The notes under the pieces were generated by a model. That model did no database searches and was not told the origin of the DNA. It was given only the letters and a program-made list of their open reading frames with translations. This document shows positions 1 through 17,700 of a DNA stretch of 64,000 nucleotides, piece after piece (the stretch's first letter is position 1; each line of letters begins with the position of its first letter). A program made the translations under genes and the position numbers. This DNA comes from Callorhinchus milii (lineage: Eukaryota). The stretch covers positions 1 through 64,000 of the forward strand of contig NW_024705135.1 in assembly GCF_018977255.1 (NCBI RefSeq), read 5' to 3'.

Positions 1-5686
<5,686 letters not shown>

Positions 5687-5929
5687 AGACTAGGACTTCA
5701 CTGAGTGTCTCTCGTCATAAAACTATCCTTGTTCACTGCTTTGTTAAAGATTGTGTGTAATATAACTATACATTATATTATCTCTGTCTCTCTCACATTC
5801 TATATACATAATTAGAATTCTCCCATCACACACACACACACACTTATCACACTGTCCAGAGCTCTCAAAGCGCTTCACGGGATTTTACCAAGAGAGAGTG
5901 TCAAACAGAGACAGATAGAGAGAGAAATA

Positions 5930-6255
5930 GAGACAGTGAAGAGAGACAGAGGGAGAGACAGTGAAGAGAGACGGTGAAGAGAGTCGGTGAAGAGAGAGAC
6001 AGTGAAGAGAGAGACAGTGAAGAGAGAGACAGTGAAGAGAGTCGGTGAAGAGAGAGACAGTGAAGAGAGAGACAGTGGAGAGTCGGTGACGAGAGAGATG
6101 GTGACGAGAGAGACGGTGACGAGAGAGTCGGTGAAGAGAGAGTCGGTGAAGAGAGAGACGGTGAAGAGAGAGACGGTGAAGAGAGAGACGGTGAAGAGAG
6201 AGACGGTGAAGAGAGAGACGGTGACGAGAGAGACGGTGAAGAGAGAGTCAGTGAA
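5930..6255. repeat. GA-rich ~15-bp minisatellite (GTGAAGAGAGAGACG)n between the convergent DMPK and EML2 3' ends
   Basis: Directly visible tandem repeat. Confidence 0.9.
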
Positions 6256-6320
6256 ATCGAGTCAGAGAAAAACAACAAGACTTCCAGAACAGAACCGAAG
6301 CGAACACCTCGATATCCCGA

Positions 6321-6326
6321 TTTATT
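6321..6326 (-). terminator. Probable EML2 polyadenylation signal AATAAA
   Basis: TTTATT on + strand, ~1 kb after the EML2 stop, at the end of unique UTR-like sequence. Confidence 0.6.
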
Positions 6327-7308
6327 TCAACCACCAAAAAAACTTATACATCCACCAAACTCAAAAAGAGGCCTCAAACGCCGCCTTCATACAGTTATAT
6401 TATTATTATCATTAATACCCCGAGATTCTTTGTTCCTGGAAAACCACGGGATATAACAACACAATTTGCTTTCAGCGCTGCGTCTCACTGTCACACAACC
6501 CCCAAAATTCCATCACCCCCAAAAAACATCAACTAGGGGCAGGTTTGGGAGGGGAGGGGTGGGGGGGATGTGAGGAGGGTTGGGGAGAAGGGGGAGAGGG
6601 GAGGGGGTTGGGGATGTGCGTGGGGATGGGGTGAATGGGGGAGAGGGGTTAATCCTATCTCGACCCAATCTCCGGATCGAGATAACCGCGGATTCGGCGG
6701 GATTTCCACACGCACACATCAAAAGCTCAGCACACGCCAATGCCACGCCAACGTCACGCAACACACACAAGCGGACGCAAAAGATAATCAGAGAAGGAAA
6801 GGAAGCTTGGGGGGAACTTCCAGCCGTTCCCGTGTCAGGAACACGGCACAGAGCTTCCCGGAGATCCCAGCACCAACCAGGAAAATAGCACCAAAGGTGG
6901 GCGGGAAGGGGCAGGGGCCATGGAGGAGGGGCAAAGGGCAGAGGGAGGGGCGAGGGAGGGGTGAGGGAGGGAGGGGCGAGGGAGGGGGGAAGGAGGGGGC
7001 GTCAGAAGAACGAAAGAGAAATAGAGTGAGCGATTGAGAGAGATATAGAGTGTGTGTGTAGAGCATTGAAGAGGAAGAGATGAAGACGAGGAGGGGCTGA
7101 AGATGCGGGTCTCACCCCCAATGCACTCACCCCTCACTCACCCTCCCACCCTCCCCCCCCCCCAAAAGAGAGGGATTTCATCCACTGAAATAAACCAAGG
7201 GAGACGGAATCACGGAATCACCCATCTCCCCCCTCCCACCCGCGCTCTCTCAGCCTCATGTTGGAGGACGTGGTGGGGGGGGAGGGAGCGCGGGAGGGGG
7301 CAAAGCCC

Positions 7309-10300
7309 CTAAACGACCCCCCACTGGATGACACTGGTGTCTTTGCCGCCGATGGAGACCAGCTGGGCATCGCCGTGGAGAAAAGTCACGTTGGTGACAT
7401 GACTGCTGTGTCCACCATAACTGTGACTGGGAGCCTGGAAAAACAACAACAACAACAACAACAACAACACAAGCAATTATACAGTGTCCCTCACGCAGGG
7501 TAACGCTCCAGAGCGCTTAAACAGCACAATTATAATAATACATAATAATAATAATCCTGCCATTTGACCCGGCGCCTGATCACGTCTTCGAGACGTCCCA
7601 AAGCGCTTCACAGGAGACACTGTAAAGTGTAGTGACTGTGTGTTTTGCGGGTGAAATGCGGCAGCGAATTGCGCCCGGCGACGTCCCCCACAAACAGCCG
7701 TGGGTTGAGTGACGACATTACTATTATTCTGAAGGGATTATTACCCCCGGAAAGTGATCCCCCAATTGACTAACCAGCGGGTTCCTGGTAAACAGGCGCG
7801 TGGGGGTGTGTGTGGGGGTGTGTGTGTGTGTGTGTGGGGGGGGGGGAGGGGGGGGGGTCGGCAGTAAGGAAACTTGTCTAAGGTTTCGCTCTGATCTAAT
7901 CTGCCCGGGTGGGGGCCTCTGGCTTGCGAGGCGAGAGCTCTGACCCCTACACTACAGGACCCCACAGCTAAGTTTAAGGTGAGTGCTGAAGGTCCTGGTG
8001 TTTCTGTGGTGACACACGTACCCGAGGGTGGGAGCAGGGGAACGAGAACAGGTTGACTTTGCCAAAATCGTCGGCCGTGGCTAACAGCTGGTCATCAGCT
8101 GACCGGCAAATAGCGTTGATATCCGTGCCGTCTGCTCCCTCCGGCCACACCCCTGTGGGGAGAGAGAGAGAGAGAGAGAGAGTACATTAATCATCGTCAT
8201 GATGACAGTCCTGGCGGTTGACCCGGCGCCTCATCACATGGTTGAGACGTCTCAAAGCGCTTCACACGATACACTGTCAAGTGCAGTGACTGTGTATTTT
8301 GTGGGCGAAACACGGAAGCCCATTGCGCCCAGCGACGTCCCCACAAACAGCGGTGGGGGTTGAGTGACTGTTTTTTTAAAATTTTATTGGCCCACATTTA
8401 CACAGCGCTCTCTCTCCCCGTCCGGGAATCCAACCCGAGTCCTTCCGCTTGCGAGGCGAAGGCTCTAATGCGCTACAGGGACTGCGCAACACCCACCGGA
8501 AAGCAAGAGTTTGTTGGACAAAAGAAGAACGAGGCCCATCTGGTGCACCTCCCACCGTCCTGGCGGTCGCCTGACATGTCGTGTCCCCGACTATACAGTG
8601 AATCACCGATGATGAAGTGCTCTGGTACACGTAATCCCTTTGCTCGATGCCTGACAGGTCATCGCAACGTCTCAAACGTCTTGTGTTTGACGCCCGCGCT
8701 CCCCCCGCCCATTCCAGGGAGTGAAGTGACTGTGTAGTTTGTGTGTGTGTGGGTGGGGTGGGTGAGGGGGGTAGAAACTGTGAGTTGCCCCTGAAGTCCT
8801 GACTTACCAAACACCTGGAAGCCCAGTGCACAGGTGGAGGAGACCCATTGCACACTGCGCACCTGGTCTGCGCTGGTCACCTGCTTACAGCTCGGGGTCC
8901 CTGTGTGAGAGAGCGAGTGAGAGGGAGACCAGGAAGCCCCTCCCCCTCCCATTAGCTCCTCCCACCCACCCAAGCCCCTCCCCTACCAAGGACCACCCCC
9001 TCCCTGACCAAGCCCCTCCCCTCCCCAGCACCACCCACCCACCCACCCGAGCTCCCCCTCCCCACCCTCTACCCACGAACCTTACCCCCTCCCATTGGAA
9101 CTCCTCCCCTCCAAAGCTCCTCCCCTCCACTAAGCTCCTCCCATCCACCAAGCTCCTCCCATTCCCGCACAAGCTCCTCCCCACCCCTCCCTGTCCCCCT
9201 CCCCCCGCCCCGAGCCCCGCCCACACACTCACAGTGGAGAATCTCGTAGTCGCCCGAGTTGGTGACGAAATAGTGACTGTCGTGCGACCAGTCCAGGTGA
9301 GTGACGAAGCTCGAGTGGCCCTGAGACAGGAAACAACAACAACAACAACAGCAACTCACACACGCGGCGTCGGGAGGACGTCCCCGGGCGCTGGGCCGGA
9401 CAGTCAGGGGTTTGGACCCGAGCTGAGCGTTGGCATCAGGAAGGGGTGGAGGGCGGGGGAGGGTGACCGGAGGGTTCAGACGGGCCTTGAAGGAGGCGAG
9501 GGAGGGGCGGGGGAAGGCGGTGAGGGAGGGGCGAGGGAAGGCGGTGAGGGAGGGGCGAGGGAAGGAGGCGAGGGAGGGCCGGGGGAAGGCGGTGAGGGAG
9601 GGGCGAGGGAAGGCGGTGAGGGAGGGGCGAGGGAAGGTGGTGAGGGAGGGGCGAGGGAAGGAGGCGAGGGAGGGCCGGGGAAGGAGGCGAGGGAGGGGCG
9701 AGGGAAGGCGGTGAGGGAGGGGCGAGGGAAGGCGGTGAGGGAGGGGCGAGGGAAGGCGGTGAGGGAGGGGCGAGGGAAGGCGGTGAGGGAGGGGCGGGGG
9801 AAGGCGGTGAGGGAGGGGCGAGGGAAGGCGGTGAGGGAGGGGCGAGGGAAGGCGGTGAGGGAGGGGCGAGGCGGAGGGACTCTGGGATGGAGTTCCAGAG
9901 GGTGGGGGCAGAGAGGCTGACCGCACGCGCGACCCCCTCACTCGCTTCCCTCCCCCGAGGCTCGCGGCCCCCGCCCCCGAGGCCCCTCCCTCCCTCTCTC
10001 ATGGTCCCTCCCCCTCACGGCCCCGCCCCCGGCGCTGACTCACTGAGCACCTCCCGATCCGACTGTACTTCCTGCCGCCGTCAGACACACCGTAAACATA
10101 CACATAGTTGTCGTGGGAACCGATCGCCAAGAAATTCCCATCTGTGAAGAGAGAGAGAGAGAGAGAGAGATAAAGGAGAGAAAGAGGAGAGAAAAAAAGA
10201 AAAGGAGAAGAGGAGAGCGCGAGAGAGAGAGAGAGAGAGAGACACAGAGGTGTTGGGTCGCTCACCGGGGGAGTAAGCCATGACCGAAAATTTCTCATTG

Positions 10301-11724
10301 CCGTCGCTGCGACACGTCACCACCTCCTGCGTCTCCACGTCCAGCACCAGCCACCTGCCGAGATCACAGAGACCCCCACCCCACAGTCACTCACTCCAAC
10401 ATCAACCCCCCCCCAACACTCCCCACCCCCCCAACAACACAGCTCAGTCACTGACACCAACACCCCCCCGCCCTCCGCCCCCCCCAATAGGGAGCCAGTG
10501 GTGCTATTTCGTCTCCAACCTCCCAACACCCCGCCCCCCCCCCACCCGCCTCACTTGGCTGTCTGTAGCCCCACCGCGATGACAGATCCACTGGGATGGA
10601 ATCCCACCGCCTGGGCCGGATCCTGCCGGAAAAAAGAGGAAATTAAGGATAATAATAATAATAATCCCGGCATTTGACCCGGCGCCTCATCACGTCCTTG
10701 AGACGTCTCAAAGCGCTTCACCAGGACTTGCTGTCAAGCGTAGTGACTGTGCGTTTTGTGGGCGAAAGGCGGCAGCCAATTGCGCCCAGCGACGTCCCCA
10801 CAAACAGCAGTGGGTTGAAGTGACCGAATTATTCTTATCATTCACAGACCCACACAAATAACAAGTTGCATTTATATTAGCGCCCTTCACGGGGGTCGCG
10901 TCTCGGAACACTTACACACACACACACACCACAGCAACACACACTTACGTCCAGAGTCTGACTCCACACAGGTTGGTGGGAGCTGGAATCCCACAGGTGA
11001 AGCAGACGATCATGGCCGCACGTGGCAAACAGCCCAGTACTGGGGTGAGCAGCCAAACCCCACAGCTCGTCAGTGTGACCCTGAGACACCATCATCATCA
11101 TCATCATCATCAAAACGACTCACACAAAAGAGCGATGGAGAGAGAAAGAAAGGGAGAGCGAATGTTTGTGTGGAGTGTAGAGGGAGCAGAGAGTGAGCGA
11201 GCGGGAGGGTGAGCGAGCGGGAGGGTGAGTGAGCGAGTGAGCGAGTGTTAGTGAGTGAGGGGGCAGTGAGTGTGTGTTAGTGAGTGTGTGTTAGTGAGTG
11301 AGTGTGTGTGTTAGTGAGTGAGTGTGTTAGTGAGTGAGTGTGTGTGTTAGTGAGTGAGTGAGAGTGAGTGAGTGTGTTAGTGAGTGTGTTAATGAGAGTC
11401 AGTGTGTTAGTGAGTGTGTTAGTGAGTGTGTTAGTGAGTGAGTGTGTGTGTTAGTGAGTGAGAGTGAGTGAGTGAGTGAGTGAGTGTGTTAGTGAGTGTG
11501 TTAGTGAGTGTGTTAGTGAGTAGGCAGTCGCGGTGTTGGCTGCTCACACTGACCTGTACAATGGGGTTGTACCCATTGGCCAGGGAGCCCTGGAGGATAC
11601 AGTTGCGGGTGGTCCCCACGAACAGCTCAGCCCCCTTCCCCTCCGCAATCGTCCTCACCGGCCCAAAGGCCTCCGGCACCTGCACAAGGACACACAAAGA
11701 GTCAGCCGCTCACTATCCTTCTTA

Positions 11725-11758
<34 letters not shown>

Positions 11759-14700
11759 TGCGCGCGCACACACACACGTACACAGTCTTAACATGAGCAA
11801 TAATCACAAGTTGGGCCTCTCCGTTGCTCGCCCTCCCGCCTCCGAGTCAGTGTATGTGAGTGAATAATAATAATCCCGGGGTCCTCACGTCGTCAAAACG
11901 TCTCAAAGCACTTCACAGGATACACTGTAAAGTGTAGTGACTGTGTGTTTTGGGGGTGAAACACCGCAGCCGATTGTGCCCAGCGACGTCCCCACAAACA
12001 GCCGGGGGTTGAGTGACCGATTTATTATTATTTATTTTATTTTGAAGGGATTATTACCCCCAGAAATCGACTAACAAGCGGGTTCCTACTGACTGCTGGG
12101 AAACAGATGCGTGTTTCATCCTGACCTGACCCGCCCGGGAATCGAACCCGGGTCTCTCGTTTGCGAGACGAAGGCTCTAACCATTGAGTTACGAGGGAGA
12201 TGAGGAGGGAGGACATAGTAGTGAGGAAGGGAAGGAACGAAGCTCTCTCTAACCTCGCTCTCCTGCAGTTTACGGTATTGTTGATCCCACAGGATGAGTT
12301 TCCGATCTTTCCCTCCGCCCGACAAAAGGGTCCCATCGTTCCGCATACACACACTGAAAATCCCCCCTTCGTGAGCTCCCGCAACCACACTGCGGATCCT
12401 GTTAGTCCCTGAAACCAGCAACAACAACACATGACATTTACACGTTGCCTTTCGTGTCAGGAGGACATCCCGAGGCGCTGGACAGTCAGGGGTTTGGACC
12501 TGAGCTGAGGGTTGGGATCAGGAGGGGGTGGAGATAGGAGGGTGACCGAAGGCGCGTTGGTTGAAGAGGAGGGTCTTGACACTGGCCTTGAAGAGGGCGA
12601 GGGAGGGGGCGAGGTTGGGAGGGCGTGAGGCGGAGGGACTGTGGGATGGGATTACAAAGGTTGGGGGCACAGAGGCTGATGGTGGGGGGATGTGGAGCAG
12701 ACCAGAGCCGCTGAGCGGAGGGAGCGGACAGGTTAATTATGGAGTTGTAGGTCACAGAGGTAGGGAGGAGCGAGGCCTTGGAGGGGCTTTGACTGACAAT
12801 GCAGCTCTCTCTCTCTCTCTCCCCAGCGCTGTGTGAAGCCTGGACTGTGAGCTCAGAGTCCCTGATGTGGGGGACGGGGCTCGAACCCATAACTTCCTGA
12901 TTCGGAAGCGAGGAAGGTCGGGGAGCGGCGAGACTGACCTTTTCCCCAGATAATGAGGTTTCCACTGGAATCTCCCGAGATCACGTCTCCATTCTGTGAG
13001 AAAGTCACCGACAGAACGTACTTGGGTTTCTCCTGTTTCTGAGACACAGAAACAAACGCGCAAACAAACAGGTCAGAATAATAATATTAATAATAATAAT
13101 CCTTGCATTTTATCGTGTCTTCGAGACAACTCAAAAGCGCTTCACGGGATACGTTGTAAGTGTAGTGACAGCAGTGTCCCACAAGCAGTCATGGATTGAG
13201 TGACCAAATTATTATTATTATTACCCCCGGGAAAGTGATCCCCCAATCGACTAACATGCAGGTTCCTACTGACTGCCGGTAAACAGAGGCGTGTGTGTGT
13301 GTGCGTGTGCGTGTGCGTGTGCGTGTGTGTGGGGAGTGAGGAAACTTGCCGAAGGTTCCGGCCTGACCTGACCTGACCCGCCCAGGAATCGAACCCGGGT
13401 CCTCTGGCTTGTGAGGAGTTAGTTGTATGATGTTGTCGTGGTCTCACCTCGAAGATGCCCTGTTTCTTGGTCAGAACACTGCCCTCCAGGGTCCAGAACA
13501 GGATGTGGGATTTCCCGCAGGTGACGATCAGGTTCGCCTCCGTCGGGTGGAAACTCGCCGCCAACACAGGCTCATTAGAGCACTGACAACGAGAGAGGGA
13601 GAGAGAGAGAGAGAGAGAGAGATCGTATGACAGAGAGTGAGATTGTGTGAGAGGGAGGGAGGGAGTGTGAGAGAGTGAGGGATTGTATGAGAGGGAGCGA
13701 GGGAGTGTGAGAGAGTGAGGGAGTGTGAGAGAGGGGGGGAGGGAGTGTGAGAGAGTGAGAGGGAGTGTGAGAGAGTGCGAGGGAGTGTGAGAGAGTGTGA
13801 GGGAGTGTGAGAGAGTGTGAGAGAGTGTGAGAGAGTGTGAGAGAGTGTGAGAGAGTGTGAGGGAGTGTGAGCGAGTGTGAGGGAGTGTGAGGGAGTGTGA
13901 GCGAGTGTGAGGGAGTGAGGGATTGTGTGAGCAGGAGGGAGGGAGTGTGAGAGAGCGAGGGAGTGTGAGAGAGCGAGGGAGTGTGAGAGAGCGAGGGAGT
14001 GTGAGAGAGCGAGGGAGTGTGAGAGAGCGAGGGAGTGTGAGGGAGTGAGGGATTGTGTGAGCAGGAGGGAGGGAGTGTGAGAGAGCGAGGGAGTGTGAGA
14101 GAGCGAGGGAGTGTGAGGGAGCGAGGGAGTGTGAGGGAGTGAGGGATTGTGTGAGAGGGAGCGAGGGAGTGTGAGAGAGCGAGGGAGTGTGAGGGAGCGA
14201 GGGAGTGTGAGGGAGCGAGGGAGTGTGAGGGAGTGAGGGATTGTGTGAGAGGGAGCGAGGGAGTGTGAGAGAGGGAGGGAGTGTGTGAAAGGGAGGGAGT
14301 GTGTGAAAGGGAGGGAGTGTGTGAAAGGGAGGGAGTGTGTGAAAGGGAGGGAGTGTGTGAAAGGGAGGGAGTGTGTGAAAGGGAGGGAGGGCGTGTGAGG
14401 GTTTGTGTGAGAGAAAGAGAGTGCATGTGAGAGAGTGAGACAGAGAGCGGATGTGAGAGTGAGAGAGACAGAGTGTATGAGGGGGAGAGAGAGACTGACC
14501 TTGACCTCCGACACCCGGCTCTCTCGTGGCCAATCCCACACAGACAACATGTGTTCATTGGAGTCGTCCACAGCACAAAGATACCCTCCTCCATTCTGTA
14601 CACAACACAACACACAGCCGCCAGTATCACACCATCATTATATTTATTTTTGAGGTGAGCGCAGCAACCACTACACCACAGATTCCCTCCATCTCGCCCT

Positions 14701-17700
14701 CTCTCCACATCCCACCCTTTCACCATCCCTCTCTCCATCCTCCCTCTCTCCATCCTCCCTCTCTCCATCCTCCCTCTCTCCATCCTCCCTCTCTCCATCC
14801 CCCCCTCTCCATCCTCCCTCTCTCTCTCTCCCTCCCCTTCTCTCTCCATTCATAACATAACATGTACGAGCAGGAGTCGGCCATTCGGCCCTTCGAGCCT
14901 CTGCCCCGCCATTCATTCATGGCTGATCTTCTAATCCAACTCCAGCTAATAACCTGACGCTGCCTTATCCCCATATCCCTTAATCCCTTTGGCAATAAGA
15001 CATCTATCTCTCTCAGTCTTGAATATGTTCAAGGACTGAGCGTCAACAGCCCTTTGGGGTAGTGAGTTCCATACATTCACTGCCCTTTGAGTGAAGTCCA
15101 TCCTTCCCAAAATAAGGAACCAAAACTGCCCACAGTATTCCAGGTGTGGTCTCACAGGGCCCTATACAGTTGCAGTGAGACTTCCCGACTCTTATACTCT
15201 AATCCTTTCATAATGAACTCTAACATACCGTTCCCCTTCCTAATCGCTGCTGCACCTGCAGAATAACTTCCTGTGATGGTGTACAGGACACCCGAGTCCC
15301 TCTGGACACCAACACACCTCACCTATCTATTCCTCCCTCTCATCATTCCTCCCCCTCCCTCCCCTCTCTCCATCCCCCCCCCCTCTCCCTCCCCCTCCCC
15401 CCCCCGGTGACTCACGCTCTGGGAGAAGCTGAGGCAAGTGACCGCCCGGTCGAAGCCCCCGATGATGTGCAGAGTGTTGAGGCTGACGGAGTCCCAGACC
15501 CGGGCGTGAGGGGCCAGCGGCTGTCGGGGGGAGTGGGGGGGGAGAGAGAGGATGAGAAATCCATAGGGGGAGAGACACACAGAGAGACAGTTATAGAGAG
15601 AGAGAGTGAGAGAGAGAGAGAGTGAGAGAGATTGAGAGATACTGGGGGGAGAGTGAGTTTCACAGACAGACAGAGAGTCACAGACACACACAGACACACA
15701 CAGACAGACCGTGGCCGTACCTTTCCGTCTCTCCCGTTTCCCGCTACTTGTCCCGTTGCTATGGTGACACGATCAGGATGCACTGCCAGACTGGGGTGGG
15801 GGAGAACAGGTGTCAGGGTGTGTGTGTGGGGAGGGAGGGGCGCGGTGGGGGGTGGTGGGGGAGGGGGAGGGGGCGGTGGGGGTGGGGGTGGTGGTGGACG
15901 GGGCGGTGGGGGTGGGGGGTGGTGGTGGACGGGGCGGTGGGGTGGGGGTGGTGGTGGAGGGTGCGGTGGGCGGTGGGGGTGGTGGGGGAGAGCGGGGGGG
16001 TTGGTGTGGGAGTGGGTGGGGGGCAGGGGGGACGGGGGGCGGTGGGGGTGCGGTGGGCGGTTTTTCGGTGGGGGAGGGGGCGGTGTTTAGAGGAGAGAGC
16101 TCCAGTGCACGTGTGAAGGGCTCAGTGACACAGACAGGGAGGGAGGGAGGGAGGGGAGCCCGGGACGTCCCACTCGGTGTGAGTGAGTGAGTGTTGGTGT
16201 TAGGGCGAGAGGTTAGAGGTCAGGGTTGGTGTCGCCCCTCCTCACCACTTGACGTCGTCGCTGTGCCCCACATAGTGTCTCTGGAGCTGCTCCTCCATGT
16301 TGTAGAGAACAACCACTGAGGCCACAAAGTACACGATCTCTCCGGTCGGCAACAGGTACAGGTTAGAGCGACAATCCCTCCCCCGGTACCCATAGCTACA
16401 CCCCCGTTAAGGTCATCGGCCGTCAGTGCTGACCCCCAGCCCCCCCAACCTCCCCACCCTGCCGCCCAGCCCCCCAACCTCCCCACCCTGACCCCCAGCC
16501 CCCCCAACCGCCAACCATTACCCTCCCAACCCTGACCCCAGGCATGACCCCAACACCCCACCCGTTAACCCCCTAATCCTGTGACCACCCCTCCCAAAGG
16601 TTAAGTGTTCCGGGGGGTGGGGGGGTGGTGGAGAAGCTATGTCAGTGACACTCAGGGTAAAGGATACACCCAGTCCATCTTCAGCTTGTGGGGTGGCAGG
16701 GTAGCTGGGCTGTGCAGCTGGTAAGAGTCAGTCACCTCCTGCGGCAAGAACATGGTGACCGGTCGTCCCCGCAGAAACATCCGTACATAACCATCATCTG
16801 CCGATCACAATCAATACCCGATCAATAACCTCCATTCACCCCCACCCCGTCCCCGATCAATCACCTCTGACACACACACACGCATGGAAAGCCATCACCA
16901 TCAGCCATGGGATACGCATCTCTCACACACACACACTGCCCAGGCTTTGGAGGGGGGGGGGGGAGCCCAGAGTGTGCGTTGGGGTAACTGTTGGGGTCTA
17001 ACCAACTAAACCCACACACAGCTCAGCCATCGAGAGCGAGAGAGAGAGAGAGAGAGAGCGAGCGCTGTCTGGCCGAGCTTTCCCGCTGCGTGTCCCGCTC
17101 GGACCCCCTCCCCGTTAGTTAGTTGGGGCTTTGGCTGTGGGGTTACCAGGAGCTGAGGGGGAGGATTCCCGGCCCCCAGGGACTGGTCGGCCCTTCCAGG
17201 TCCTGCCGATGAGCCGGGCCGGGCTGTGCTGCCATCAGCAGTGAGTGCCCCGGGACCCCGCGGACCCTCCCGGCTCAGGAACAGAGTGAGAGAGACAGAG
17301 AGAGATGGGGGGGACGAAGGGAGTGTTGAGGTGAAGCTGCTCATGTTTGTGTGAGTCTGTGACCTCTATCCTTTACCTGCACTGAACACCGCCTCCTTGT
17401 GTTTGCTGTAACACAAAACAAAATTAATATTAAAATTATGTCAAAAGTTCACCTTCCCCCAAAAAACAAAGTCACCACTGTCCGCAGTTGACTGCGATTC
17501 CCAACAACAACAACAACAAGATTCCATTTATAAAGCGCCTTTCACGTCAGGAGGACGTCCCAAGGAAACATCCGGTCACAGACAGACGTGCCAGAGCTTT
17601 GGTGGGGCGGGAATTGTGGTGAGCGGGAGGGAGGGTTGTGTTTAGTGCAGGGTGGGGCTGGGCAGGGATTTAAATAGTTAGTGACATCCCGAGGCGCTGA

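Noticed and set aside
5687-5930. DM1-like CTG repeat or canonical AATAAA after the DMPK stop
   Set aside because: Neither is present; the DMPK 3' end cannot be placed from sequence alone.
5901-6415. ORFs with (KRETV)n or (SSPSL)n
   Set aside because: Simple tandem repeat between two 3' UTRs, with no splice or start context.
8826-10002. 364-aa and 290-aa ORFs with [16 protein letters not shown] repeats
   Set aside because: A minisatellite inside an L2 fragment, overlapping EML2 exons.
13142-14849. Long ORFs of 361-465 aa rich in [12 protein letters not shown]
   Set aside because: They are translations of a GA/GT minisatellite; only the embedded EML2 exons are real.
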